Of a stretch of 64,000 nucleotides of DNA, positions 50,058 through 63,677 are shown in pieces. Made by a program: the position numbers and the translations under genes. The notes under the pieces were generated by a model. It was not told the DNA's origin. It worked only from the letters and a program-made list of their open reading frames with translations, and ran no database searches. The stretch lies in NCBI RefSeq assembly GCF_041956535.1, contig NW_027192198.1, forward strand, positions 1,046,540 to 1,110,539. Direction: 5' to 3'. How positions within the stretch are numbered: position 1 is the stretch's first letter; each line of letters opens with the position of its first letter. The stretch is from Calcarisporiella thermophila CBS 279.70 (taxonomy: Eukaryota > Fungi > Calcarisporiellomycota).

Positions 50058-52409
50058 TTAACCGCTTGCCTCCAACTCGGAGTACATCCGCTCAATCTCC
50101 TCCTTGAAGAAGTCCTTCGCCTGCTGTCGCTTCAGCTTGAAGGTGGGGGTGAGCAGGTCGTTTTCGATCGAGAACATGTCCGGGTGGAGGTGCACGTTCC
50201 GGACGAGCTCGAACCCCTTGAGTCCCTCCTCCTTCGCCAGCTTATTGGCGGTCTTGAGCAGGTGTTGCTTCAGCTTGGGCTCCCGGCACAGATCCTCAAC
50301 GGATTTGCCCAGCAGGCCGTTTTCGTGGGCCCACTTGGGCAGGGTCTCGGGGTCGGGCACAAACACGCCCACCAGCTCCGACTTCAACGAGGAGCCGTGC
50401 ACAAAGGCTTGGGCTATCAGCTCGTGCTTCTGGTACACGCCCTCGATCTTCTCAGGGGCAATGTACTCTCCCTGTGACAGCTTGAAGATGTTCTTGATCC
50501 GATCGATGATCACAAGGCGCCCGCTCTCATCCCACATCCCAATGTCGCCCGTGTGTAGCCACCCGTCGGCATCGATGACCTCCGCCGTCTTCTCCGGCTC
50601 CTTGTAATATCTACGCATCATTGCGGGTCCGCGCATGCAGATCTCCCCCCGAGGTAGCGGCTTATCCTGGCTCGTGTAGTTCATCTCCGCGACGTCAACT
50701 AGTTTCACTTCGGTGCACGTCTCAGGCCCTCCAACACTCCCCGACTCGGGGTCCTTGATATCGGTGAACGTGATGGCGCCGCCGTTTTCCGTCTGGCCGT
50801 AGCCCTCCAGGACATGCGCGGAGAAGCAGATGCGAAGGAAATCCTTGACGTCGGGAGAAATGGGAGCCGCGCCTAGAGCAAAAAGGCATAAGTGGAATGC
50901 ACGCCAAACCCAACCCCTTTCCTCCGCTCCTGCCTCAGGCTAGGCCATCGAACTGGTTTGAACTTACCCGATACAATGAACCTGCACCGTCCGCCTAGCC
51001 TCGAGCGCACAGCAGAAAACACCAGCCAGTCCCACAGCCAATGGTCCACCCTGCCACTCGCAATTCCTTTCTTTTTCGCCTCAAACGCGTGCTTGAATAA
51101 GAATTGGGCCAGGGCACTCTTGGCACGTACTCCAGCCAACACCTTATCATAAATACGATTGAAGAGACGGGGAACGGAGACAAAGATGGTGGGCTAAAAT
51201 GGAGGAGGGTTGGTTGGTCATGGGATGCTTATGATCAGAAGAAGCGCCAGACAGTTTCAAGAAAGAGTGGATACCTTAAGGACGCCAATATCGTCCAGCA
51301 GCTTTTGCGTGTCTCCCTGATAGAAGCCGACCTGGACACCATAGTAGAGCATCAGAGCCATGGCCGAGCTAATATAAAAAAATATTGCAGGTTGAGTATT
51401 TTTGGGCCCACTGCAAATTGGATCCGGTATCCATACCGCTCAAAGACATGGCACAGTGGGAGATAAGAGATGTACACGTCTTCGCCGTTAACCACGGGGA
51501 AGTGCCCTTTTTCTCCCAGCTTGACAAGCGACGCAACCACCGCGAGCTGATTCCCTTGAGTCAATTCCGCACCTTTAGGCCGCCCAGTGGTCCCGCTCGT
51601 GTAGTTGATACAGCACAAGTCCTCCGCCTTCGCGCCCCTCGGCGCGACAGGATCCTCCGCACCCAACGCCTCCACACCTTTGCACGTGTGCGCCTCATAC
51701 CCGGCATCGCGGACCTTTTGCAGCAAATCCTCAGAAGGGTCATCCGTAACGATAATGTGCGTCAGCGTGGGGAGTTGCGATTTGAGCCGGATGAGATTGT
51801 CGACTTTATCGGGGGAGCACACGGCAAAAGAGAGCTCCGTCTGTTGGATAATAAAGGTAATCGCGTCTTCACCCAAGGTATCGTAGAGGGGACAGTGCAC
51901 GAAACTGTGGAGATAGCACGCATACTCAGTGATAATCTAATGAAATAGATGTTTGGTTCGTGATGGTGAGATGAATATTTCCGTAGAGACAATGTTACCC
52001 ATTCAGGCTTGTTCACCGAATAAATTCCAATAATTCCCTCGGGCTGAAGCCCAATTTTCCGCAAGCCGGACCCCATGTTTTCGATGCGCCGCTTCACCTG
52101 ATCATACGTCTGCCACACATATGGGAAAGCATGCCCAGATGAATCGATGGGGCGGTGCCCAGCGCAATTTCCTTCCTCTAAACGAAGACAAAACAAGGGC
52201 GTGTTACCTCACGTCTAAAATTTGGCCCATTGGCATCCAAAAATATTCAATTTACTGGACACTTTCCAACCGTGCAGGAAATTCTCCCACAGATTGGTCA
52301 CTCCCTCAGGAAACTTCACGAGCTCATCTGGTGAGCATATATGCCGGCGAGGAATGCCTTCTCCTGCTTTTGCCTCCACACCTTTGACTTCGACAGAGTA
52401 TTTAACCAT
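50058..52409 (-). CDS. Long-chain fatty acyl-CoA synthetase (ACSL/Faa2-like)
   Basis: YTSGTTGRPKG, SYLPLCHVFER, GYGQTE, GWLHTGDIG, IDRIKNIFKLSQGEYIAPEKIE and LLTPTFKLKR motifs. Confidence 0.95.
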
Positions 52410-53627
52410 TTATAATGAGTTATCCAATGGGGGAATTCGTGCGTGGTAGTATTGGCTCCCTTTTCTTTTTTTTTCAGGGGGGGAAGAAAAAAGATGGAGT
52501 GAAACTAGCAATGTGCAAAATAATGTTTAATGTAAAAAGGGTGAGAATAAAACGCGTGCTTTAATTTTGAACTTCTCTGTTCCACAACTCCACCACAAAA
52601 TCCTACTTGCATTTCCCTTTCTTCAGAGAAACTTCTCCCCGCCCTCAACAATCTTATGAAAATTTCCCTCTCCTGGCGCTCCTGGTACATGTGGCTGCTC
52701 GCCTGCCGTTCCTAAGCCCTCTTGTAACCCGACCAAGAGGCTTGGATCCTCTCGCGGAAAAACAGGGCTACAGTATTGACAAGCGCCCAAAAGGATTAGA
52801 CACATAATAGGAGTATCAATCGGGGATGATTTTGACACAATAAACTTCGAGCCCAGTGGGCTAGAGAAGCCATTCTATGCTAAGCGCTCTAGCGGAGGAG
52901 CCCGGTATCCGACGCATCGGGCTCTTGAAGAGATTTAGGTTAATGGAATAAGATTGATGGGGGTCGCCAGGATGAACACCGAGTGGAGGGGAAGCCACCT
53001 TGCGTGACGGTGGCAACGGTACTTGACAAATATCGGCGGATGGAGGAGAGACATAAGTCCTAATAATAGAGTGAGCATAGCGTGAATTCCCTATTGGGGT
53101 TGCAATATAAGGTTCAGAATCGAATAGAAATCAAAGCCTTTGTCTAATATTCTCTCCAATAATGCCCTTCATAATCAATCTGATAACAAACCAGAATAGA
53201 GCGCCTCACTAGTCCAGTAACAGGGCTACTCTAAAGGTCTTCATCGCATATTTCCTAGCAGGTAAACCATTAATGTGGGCCCTCGTCAACCGCCTTGGAT
53301 TGGTGACTTGTGGCTTTCTTGTTTTCGGGCAAATAGAGCCGGATATAGAGGGTACTGAATTTTGAAAATATTAAACATCAGTAATTTACTCTCTCATTGT
53401 AAATCAAAGAATAAAAATTTTATTCCAATCATGTAAAAAGCCAAAAACACCAAAAATATCCAAAAACAAGCTGTTGACCCTTTGGCTCTGCGTTCCCGGC
53501 AGTCCGAGTATACGAGCAGTTGAAATGAGTGGAATAAAATTAGATGCTCGATAAGATAGATGTGATGAAAATGGGTGTGGGCTCAAAGAATATTTTTGAT
53601 ACACAACGCACTTATCGGCTTATCCGT

Positions 53628-53775
53628 TTACTGTTTGGAGAAAAAGAAAAGTTAGCAATGTGAACATTTCATTCACAAGTTCAAAGTGCCAACAAAATAC
53701 CTTGGAACGGGCGCGCATCTTTCTTCTCTTGCGCTTAAGACGCCTTTGACGCTTCTTCTTCCACTTGGCCCTCAT
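53628..53775 (-). CDS. RPL41: 60S ribosomal protein L41 (eL41/eS32)
   Basis: 53775-53701 encodes MRAKWKKKRQRRLKRKRRKMRARSK; GT-AG intron 53700-53631; TAA at 53630-53628. Not in the ORF track. Confidence 0.93.
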
Positions 53776-54003
53776 TGTCTGTTCAAGGGAAAGGTTAGAG
53801 GATGGATGGATGAATACAGAGGGCCAAGGTTTAATTCTTACCAGATGATGATTTCGATGACTATAACAAGGGAGCGAGAGGGAAAACTAATTTTTCGGAA
53901 CCAATTTTTTTATAAAGGATTTCAGTCTGACGTCGACAGTAACCTGATATATACTTATATATCTATACTATTCGAAATTTCATAGCGCTTTCGGTGAACA
54001 AAA

Positions 54004-54565
54004 ATGAATAATCCGCAATCAGTTCTCTATGGATGGTATGTAGACATTGTGGACATGCAGCAGTAAATGAATGGTTATTTATCCTTGATCATCCTTTTTA
54101 ATTCCCTCTTTCACTCTTTACGAATAAAGGCTGGCGCTTATTGCAGGTATGTTCTTTCTTTTTCTTTTCATTCCGTTTTCTCTTCGTGTTGCTAAAAAGC
54201 TTTTGAAACTAGCTGGAGGTGGTGCATATTATTTTGCCAAAAAGGAAATTGATGCTCGTCGTAGGGAGCAGGCTTACCGGCGAGTAAGGCCAGAAGAAAA
54301 GCTTGAATGTAAGTCGTTTCACTTTGGCTAGCTGTTGCGTTGCCCGTTGCTTATTTCAACATTAGGGTATGAAAAAGTAGCACGAGAGGAGCAAGCCAAT
54401 CGTGAGGCTAAGGAAACAAAGGAGACGATGGAAAATAACCCTCCAGGGAAGAGTCATACGCAAGTCTCTTCAGTGGTTGAACCTTCCGAACGATACTCTC
54501 CCTCGAGATACCTTTCTTTTCTAACCAATTTTAGGGACCATCAGCAGTCCATTGACAATAGGTAA
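54004..54565 (+). CDS. Small DUF4748-like membrane protein, multi-exon
   Basis: Spliced reading MNNPQSVLYGW-LALIA-AGGGAYYFAKKEIDARRREQ. Confidence 0.7.
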
Positions 54566-54792
54566 CAAAATATAGAGGATTAAATGCTGTTTTCTAGCAT
54601 CTGTAAATTTCAACGTATTTTTGTCAAAGGCAAAAAAGAGAGTTGATAAAGAAGATATTTATAGATATACCCACGACTTCTATATGGTTAAATGAATATT
54701 ACAACATCTAGGGTCTTTAAATAGTTAAATAGACAAGAGTTATATCCTCTCTATAATCTCTAACCCTCAAATTCTAAATAATGGTGGCAGAT

Positions 54793-55116
54793 CTAATTCT
54801 TCTTTCCCTATCGAATGGACATGCTTTTAGCGCAAATGCCAACATGAACAGTATGTAGCATAATACTTACAGAGGCAAGGCGGCTAATCCCAAACACAGT
54901 ACCCAACATGCCCAAGCCCATCACACCAACATAGATCGTCATCCACATGCGATCGCGGGGACCACGAAGGTAAAGTGGGGTCTTGCTTGGAGACTACGTA
55001 GTTGCAAGCCAGAATTTAACTCACTAATGGATACAAACATTCGAAATTATGGCAATTACCTGGTAGTGAGCCTGAAGCTGGGCAATTTTGTTAGGCTTGT
55101 TGATGATGGATTCCAT
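54793..55116 (-). CDS. Cytochrome c oxidase subunit VIIa-like protein, 3 exons
   Basis: MESIINKPNKIAQLQAHYQ|SPSKTPLYLRGPRDRMWMTIYVGVMGLGMLGTVFGISRLAS|GKKN. Not in the ORF track. Confidence 0.75.
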
Positions 55117-55317
55117 TTGCAGTTTCTCTCGAATAAATTCAACACAAAACTGTTTTAAAAATTTATACAAGGGTCCGAAATCTAACAACTGTTGACGAAA
55201 ATATTACCAAGCCACCTAACTCTAGTCCATTATATTTGACCAATGAGCCACTTTTCAGGAACAGAATAGCCGATACCTCCTCTTACATATTTATTTTCTT
55301 CACTAATATTGTGGCTA

Positions 55318-55752
55318 ATGATACAACATCAGCAAAAGCGCATTGCCCTTCCCGTACGCGTCGAACCTAAAGTGTTCTTTGCCAATGAGCGCACATTTCT
55401 CTCTTGGCTCCAATTCAGCGTTATCGTAGGAGGACTGGCGATTGGATTGCTTAATTTCTCTGATCGGGTTGGGCGCATATCGGCGGCACTCTTTACTTTT
55501 GTGTCCATGGTGGTGATGGTGAGATACATTCTATGAGCCTGAAAAAAAAAAGAATAGGATTCGCATTAACCCATAATCATTGTTCTTTAGATTTATGCCC
55601 TTATTACTTATCATTGGCGTGCAGAAAAAATCAAGAGGCGCCAAATTGGACCATATGATGATCGGCTTGGCCCTACAGTACTATGCGTATTCTTATTAGC
55701 TGCAGTGATCACAAACTTCTGGCTACGATTTACTAACGATGGCGCTCAGTGA
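55318..55752 (+). CDS. VTC1: Vacuolar transporter chaperone 1
   Basis: [25 protein letters not shown] and YDDRLGP motifs; intron ~55519-55590. Confidence 0.92.
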
Positions 55753-55989
55753 ATATCCTTTGATGCCCGTTTTGTTTCTCTCTTCTTGGCATTTTTTTAT
55801 TATTCATACTCTTCTTCTAAGTTGATTGCTTTTTTCTTTTGTTAATGACTGTGACGAATGGATTTTTTTCTAAATCTTCTATTTATGAAGCTAAGAATTA
55901 AAATGATAAGATAACAAATGTATTTATTTTATTTGATATTTTGCCGACGTTTCCTTGGACATGTTGTATAATCGAGATTATTCTTTCGA

Positions 55990-58407
55990 ATGTATGGCGC
56001 CTCTCTAACTAGGACGAAGGTTATCCCTTGATGAGAAAGATCCCGTCTTGATACTTACCTTGCTAGGGCGTGGCCAAACTCAAGCAAGTGGCCCACCGCG
56101 CCTGTGAGAACTGCTATGCGCTGTTCACTCTTCTCGGAGGCTGCGTTGCAACAAGCCTAATAAGAAGCTGAGAAACAGTCTATACTGTAAAGCATCCATT
56201 CTCTGTCCAACTGCCTATGCGCACTATTCGGCCATCCGGGTGACAGCTGGCTGATAGATTCCCCCCTAGTTCATTTGCGTTCTCCCTAATTCCACCGATT
56301 CAGACGATTCGCTGTCACATATTCTTCAAATTATTTGGGCTTGATAATAAGGTTTTTCGAATATGCACATAGGCAGGAGTTGGGAACACCTTTTTTTTAT
56401 TCAGCTTTGAGAATCGGATCCGGTGCCGCCCTTGAAAATGAGTAGCATATACCCCGTTCTATTCTCCCAGATCGCCGACCTCTCCTCCCAAATGCTTGAA
56501 TTGGAAGGAGCCATGAACGACATTGTCACCCTCTCCGAGTTGCCTGAAGACTCCTACAACTCAAGCTCTGATCATAGAAATAGCTTTCCTCCAGACAAAG
56601 GCGCTTTAGAGCTGGTGAGAAGAGATCCGCTGCATAACTACGGCTGCTTCAGCTTAATTTCGGGCCAAAATTTACGATTTCAGCTTAAATTGAATTCGCT
56701 TGGAGATCTCCATCGCCTTCTAAGTGCACAATTAATCCTCGATGGCGTAGCTCCGCCTGACTTTATCCCCGCGGCTCGTCCGCCATCCCCGAAAAACAAC
56801 CAGAAGGCGAACCGCTGCACTCTACTGAAGTGGAGCTTCCCTAAACCACTGGAGGACAAAGATCTAAGATTGCCCCCAAAATCGCTGGTACCTGGCCGCC
56901 GGCTCTTGGACCACCTGTTCCACGTGTATACGAGCGAATGCTTTCTTTCGAGTTATATGCCGCATCCAAATCGTGCTGCTTTTCTTGAGAGCTACTATCG
57001 CGGAAAAATCGAACCCGCTCTTCTTCACACCGCCTGTGCCTATGCTGCCATCCACTTATTACTGATGCATGCCGAGACGCCAACGCTAAAGCAGGTGCGC
57101 ACTGTGGTAGGAGATTTGGTCGCCAAGGCTAAAGCATGTTTAGAAGAGTCCTTTGATTCACCTTCCCCCTACGTGGTGCTTGCATTCCTTAACATGGAAG
57201 CTTGCATGCGGGTGCTCTCACGGATCAACGAGGCATACATGTATCATACCCAGGCCGCTCTGATGGCCCTTGCACTCAGGATGGATATCGACGACCCGAG
57301 CGAGCATGATGCGGCACGCATAGAGTTTCACAGAAGAATATGGTTGGTGGAGCCGCACGACCCTTTGTTTATTCATTGAGCCCCTAACTCACCCCCATCC
57401 ACCTACAGGAGTTTTCTGTGCAGGATGGAGATTTTAAATGTATATATGGACAGGAGGCGATCAATAATACCCTTAGATGTGATTCGAAAATCAACAAGAG
57501 CATCAGTGAAGCCCAACGAGAGCAAGCGCTATAAAATTTTTATGGTAACCTTTGGACATTTTGAGTAGAGACAAGGGCCACTCTGCTACAATTTTATTAT
57601 TATTGAACACAATAGCTGAATTTAATGGTGGATATCATCTCCTGCTCCAAATTCGCTCATTTCACCGACATTGACTGGACACTCCCGGATGCCGCGATAG
57701 CACAGAAACTTTTTAGCATAACCGCCTTCCTACAGCAGGAGCACATTCTCCGGCTAAAACAAGGAAGCGAACACAAATTACTTGATAGCGACATGCTCTT
57801 CACCGATATTAGCTCTACCTTTTGGATTCACTGGTGTTGCATATGGCAGCTGTTTATCGAGTCAGATATTCCGCCACGTAGATTGGAGACCGATTTAATG
57901 AAACAGTTACAGGCAAAGGCATATGAAGAATATGCTAAGGTAAGAGCATGCATGGAGCTGTATACTACTTTTCCAGATGAATACTTACAAGTATATTAAA
58001 TCCTATACCCTTTGCATGTAAAATCAAAGGGGGTATTCAATGCGACCCACCACTTGGAGGCTTCGATTCGGGGTCAAGACTGGTGCAAATTCTTCCCGTA
58101 TACCATCATACGTCTCCATGTTATTTGCCAAATGCACAAATTTGTTGCCAGGAAGCACCCGGACCGTGCAATACGGCGTGAGGCTTTCCGGCAACTTGCC
58201 AAGATCCTCCAACTGCTGCGATCCCTCCCCAAGTCAAGAAGAATGGCAGAGCAATGGTTCGTGAATGAAGTGTTGCAGGCGCTGGAGGAGATGAAGCCTA
58301 TGGTATTTACGAGCGAAGAATTTGAGGAAATGAGGGCTAAAAAACCCAGTTTTACTCCAACATCAAAGCTAAAATCCCTTGCAATCAAGCGTTGTGAGGA
58401 TATTTAA
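55990..58407 (+). CDS. Fungal-specific (Zn2Cys6-type) transcription factor, multi-exon
   Basis: RACENC exon near 56095. Middle-homology-like region (AFL..YY; A.MALALRMD..D..EFHRRIW). The 5' exon structure is uncertain. Confidence 0.7.
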
Positions 58408-59384
58408 CAACTATTTATTTTTTTTATGTGTATTTGTATTGTAATCAAAAATCTTCTTGCTGTATCTATAATTGTTATCATTAAAACCCACCCGATATTT
58501 CATGAATATTTAAAGGATGTACTTCAGTCCATTGACCCTTCTGTTTTCACTTTTCTCTCATAACTGCCATCCAAACGACCGCGCCGAGTTTAATCGAAGG
58601 CATGCGATTCTAGATTATTTTTTATTCAGGTGCAGTGGCATATTTTAAGTTTGGATTCTAGTTTCTTGGTATGTGCTTTAACCAACTGTATTTGTTCATT
58701 CTAGCGTTTCTCACAATAATATATATATGCATTAGTCACTGATTCTTGTTGAAATTAAACCTAGAATTCATTCACTGCAGAATTCCTTGTAGATATTTTA
58801 AACAGAATAAAGATGCGATAGTACAGTCTGTAAGTCTGAGTAATTCCGAATATATATATATCGAACAGAATGCTTATTTTTATCGCATGTTTCATTTGCA
58901 TTAGACAAGCGGTCACCTAATTAGCAAAAAAAGATATAAAAATTGGGAATAAACAGATATACCCTAGGACCATTCAAGTATGAATTAAGCAACGAAAGCT
59001 ATAATATTATTTTTTAAAATAAACAAAAAAAAAATAAAACAGACTTTTAAGTATAAACGCAAAATAGTAGCCAGGAAGCTATAGATATACAGCTATAAAC
59101 CCCCAATAAAACTAAAAATTTTGGAATCGTCCTCAAGATCTAAGTTGCATATGCAGGGTCGTATCAAGTTCATGTTATGAAGCATCTAAAGATACATTGA
59201 ATTGAAGAGAGAAATGGGGCTGTAATTAAAGTATTTGATATTAGAGGGTTGAGTTTATTCCAAAAAGCTGAAAAATAGAGTGGTTTTGTATTAGATCAAT
59301 CATGAGGAGTTATATAAAGATCATGTAAAACTTTGGGAAAAAAAAAGGGTCGGTGCAGTTGTATGAAAAGCATTGGATATAAGC

Positions 59385-60228
59385 TTAGTAAAGGATGAAG
59401 TAGAGAAACGTGACGGCAGTGCAAAAAGAGATAGTGAATATCGTTACAAATGGCGACAGCAGGACTGCGCTGCCAAAACAGGTGGGACAAGCATTCGCTA
59501 GAGTCCACAATAATCGTCCAGTTAGTTGTCATCATCTATGTGTGAAGGATCAAATGTCACTTACGATCAGTTCTGTCGAAGTAGGGCTCTTTATTATACA
59601 TGGCAATTTTCAATCTGTTCTCAGGAGTCAACTGCCCGGCACTTGGAACCGCGTTCGGCCCTCCTTTCGCTCCCGGATCATATAACTTTACCGTATACAA
59701 TCCCTCAAGCATGGGTGGTAGTGTACCTGACTGCCTTGTATCCCATACAACGCTGGTAATACCTGCGCTCATATTCTTTGTTACAGGATAAGTGATGGTA
59801 TTTGGCCCCACTATCTCAAAATTGAGGAATGAGGGTGTGAATACCAAATTGGTGTATCCCCACACAAAGGTGACATTGGAAGAGATAGCATAGAGCGCTG
59901 GGAAGGAAGGATTTGCAGTAGGTGTCTGCCAGATTATAACGCCGGGCGGGGAACGAGGGTCAACATAGAGGGGTTTAGAGGTAGTGGCACCAGCAGGTGC
60001 AGGAGTGGGCGGGGGTGCATTGACTGGGCCTTGCTGTGGGTTATGTGCCGGTGGGAGCTGGTTTTGGACTGGTGATGGATTTTGGGCAGGCGGGGGCTGG
60101 TTCTGGGCGGGAGGGGGTTGATTTTGGGCAGGTGGGTGATTATCCTGGTTTTCTTCTTGAGCCAGTGCCATAGTGACCAAAACCAATATTGCCACCAACC
60201 AGACCAATTCCAATAGTTGTCGCCGCAT
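59385..60228 (-). CDS. Secreted/membrane-anchored protein (DUF7137-like) with QNQPPPA repeats
   Basis: Signal peptide, Pro/Gln repeats, VDPRSPPG..LYAISSNVTFVWGYTNL; spliced last exon PNACPTC plus hydrophobic tail. Confidence 0.75.
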
Positions 60229-60520
60229 AATGGTTCTTAATGCAATACAGCTTATTCTCTCGAAATATATATATATACAAGCTATAAATTGTAAAAATGA
60301 GAACAAAATGAAAAGAATGATGAGAAGGAGCGCGCATAAAAAAACAAGCTGTTAATAAAAGTCGTGTTTCATCGTTAGAAATGGAATAATTGAAATCTAG
60401 AAATTAAAGTACAGGAAAAGTCTGACGTCACCCCTCCTCTCAAAATTTTGTTTACAACTTCGTATCTCATGTTTTTCTTCCTCCTCCCTTTCAATTCTTT
60501 GAAATTCAATTTATATAAAC

Positions 60521-61160
60521 ATGTCGGCTGATCTCGTCTGGCAAATCATCAAGGCCAACAACTCGTTCCTTGTGAAGCGCGCTGGTGTTGAATTCTCGAG
60601 CGAGCCCGGTAATCTCAAGAACCTGAACTCGTACAAATACTCCGGACTTGCCAACGAGAAGGTAAATTTTATTTTCGATGATTTCGCAAATGAATGGGAA
60701 TTTTGGGAAATTACTAAATCGCGGGATGAGAGATGAGTGGCTTCAATCAGATGTTTATTGATGTGTCTTTTTTTTAGGTCGTCTCTATTGAGGCCAATGC
60801 TTCCGGTAAGGGGGCTGTCCTCTCCACCAAAAAGAAGGGCAAGGCCAATCATCCTTCCAAGGGTATCCAGAAGGCTCCCCTCACCAAGGGTATCCGTCGC
60901 TCTGCTCTCTCGGTCACTAACGTTGTTGCCCGCTCTGGATATCGTCCCGATTTGCACAAGGTACATATCCTTAATATAGAGCCTGTCACAAGGCTATTTT
61001 GTCGTGAATGGGTGTTTTTACTTTTTTCACATTTTCCTCTACCTAGGCTGCTCTTGCGCGTGTCTCGGCTATCTATGCTAGCCAGAAGCCAAAGAAGACT
61101 TTGCCCGCAAAGAAGGTTCGTGGAGCCCGTGCCGCCGCTGCCGCTACTAAGCAGGAATAA
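60521..61160 (+). CDS. RPL28: 60S ribosomal protein L28e
   Basis: [33 protein letters not shown] and [14 protein letters not shown]; 2 introns. Confidence 0.95.
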
Positions 61161-61605
61161 AATAATGGATTGTACTGCTCTTGAATAAATTTCTCTTATC
61201 CATTAATTCTATCGGAATATAAGAATATGGAATCAAATTTGTTGATGGCAGGTTAGGTTAGAGAACATGATTTCTGAAGAGATTCTAAACTTGTTCCAGC
61301 AACACCACCTTCAATAGTATCATCACATTCGCGTTTGATTGAGATATGTTTTTGATTAATTCTCTCATTTCCCTCTTTACACCAGTCCACATAGTTCTAC
61401 ACTAGGATAAAACACCATAAAAAAATAAAAAAAAACTAAAAACATATTTTAGTGGATTTTCCGTTCTTTTTTCCCTCGTCTTCGTTTATAATCCCAACCC
61501 TCATCTTACACTATCCTTATTTATTTTTATATTTTTATGCCATCACATTCGTTAAACTGTTTATAGTCTTATTCATTTTGCTATATTATAAGGGTTATTC
61601 CGAAT

Positions 61606-63207
61606 ATGCTCCACACTGAGTTTGGGCAACGTGTTCTCTCCTCTAGTTCCACAATCCCTTCCTTTGAAACTCCATTCCCTTCAACACGTTCCTTAGCAGC
61701 AGCTTCTCCCCACGCTCCTTTGAAAAACAAATATAATGCTGACCGGTAAATATCTCGTCTATGAGTTTAAATTTTTAGCGGCTTTTGTTTCAATCATCTA
61801 ATTCTTATTTTTAGCTTCATCCCGAATCGATGCAATCTCTCCACTCGTTTCCACCTCCTTGATGACAATGGAGAACCTCCCAATACGCCTTGCCCAAAAC
61901 GAACGCATTTTTCTAGTACATCTAGTAAATTTTTGAAAGATGATGGGGCCAAGCGTACATTTAACGATCTCCTACGCGCCGAGCTTTTTGGCCCTGACTT
62001 AATGCTCACTGATCTTGATGGATATAGCTCGGGCGATAGTAAACGCGGCTCCTCTTCGACCCCAAAGAAGCGCTTATTTACATATAACATGGGTTCCAAT
62101 TTTCACCAAGGGAGCTCTTTGGATGCGCCAGTTAGAGACTCGTACAGCCTGAGTCCAATAGGGATGCATAGTCAACGCTTACTCCTTATGCATTCACCTC
62201 GCGGTATTAATAACAGACGCAAGAACATACCCAAACGAGAAGCGTATAAAATACTGGATGCACCCGAGTTAAAAGACGACTTCTACTTAAGCTTACTCAA
62301 TTGGTCAGTGCGCAACGTATTGGCCGTTGGATTGGGGAGTGCCGTCTATCTCTGGGCTAAAGAAGGGGAAGTGACGAAACTCTGTGATATTGGCGAGGAG
62401 AGCAAAGCAGAAGGTGGGAAGGAAGATTTTCCTACATCTATATCATGGTCCCCTAACGGATCATATCTGGCGGTGGGAACGAATTCTGGCACGGTCCAGT
62501 TATGGGACGCGGCACAGTCGCGTCGAGTCTGCATTCTTCCTGGCCATATTGCACGAGTGGGAGCGATGACATGGTCCGATGGTGTTTTAACTACTGGCAG
62601 TCGCGATACAAGCATTCTCCATCGTGACCCTCGCGAGCACCGCCCGTATTTCCAGAAGCTTGAGCATCATTCTCAAGAAGTGTGTGGACTAAGCTGGAGC
62701 CCCGATGGAAGGTACCTTGCCTCGGGAGGTAACGATAACCTGCTATCCATAGTGGACGGGTTTCGTACAGAGCCATTGCACCGACTAGATGCACATCAGT
62801 CAGCGGTGAAAGCCCTTGCATGGCATCCACTTCAATCCGGCTTATTGGCGAGTGGAGGAGGCACCCACGATCAACGGCTTCGTTTCTGGAGTGCACAATC
62901 CGGCACGTTACTACACGAAGTCGAAACCGGTTCACAAATCTGTCAGTTGGCGTGGTCTCCCACGGGCCGTGAACTCGTTTCCACCCACGGATATTCGCAA
63001 AATCAGATTGGGGTTTGGAAATACCCCACCATGGAGCAGGTTGCTTTGCTCCAGGGCCATACGAGTCGTGTGTTGTATTTAGCGGTCTCCCCCGATGGCC
63101 GAAGTATTTGTACCGGTGCTGGTGATGAAACCTTGCGGTTTTGGCGAGTGTTTGCGGAATCTTCTCCTCGAGAGGAGGAAATGGATCTGTTCTGGCAAAT
63201 CAGATAG
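61606..63207 (+). CDS. APC/C co-activator, Cdh1/Fizzy-related WD40 protein
   Basis: C-box DR|FIPNR split by an intron, KILDAPEL.DDFY, WD40 repeats, GDETLRFW and a C-terminal IR tail. Confidence 0.92.
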
Positions 63208-63677
63208 AAGAACTTGGAAGCTGACGCTTGGGGCATTCCACGCGTGGTGAGGGGTTAGATGAGAGCAGCGGCTGGCTCCGTGTTTTTTCTCTATACTCTC
63301 AGTGTTATGTTTACCTATATCTCTCATTCATACATGGGCTGTCTGTTTTAATGTATTTTCATTCGAATCTATTTCATAAGGTTGGGCGTCTTTATTTCGT
63401 ATATCACTTATTGTTGGAATGGGGATAATAATTTTACCATCAGTTTTAATGTATATATTATTATTATTGTCAGGGCTGTATATCGTTCTTTATCTATTAT
63501 TTTATATATTTATCATTTAAATCGGGAATTATTTTATATAGTATTTAGTTTTAGTGGGCTAGAGAGTATTTGTATCATTTCATGCTCTCGCTTTGCTTTC
63601 CTATCTCATTGATATTTCACCCTTATCATTCATCTATTAAAGCCGTGGGATTTTTTTTTAAGCTGATATATATACAT

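Noticed and set aside
56051-56215. U1 snRNA (starts ATACTTACCT)
   Set aside because: No U1 loop II (ATTGCACT) or Sm site follows. The word is better explained as an intron 3' end (CTTAC..TAG) before the RACENC exon.
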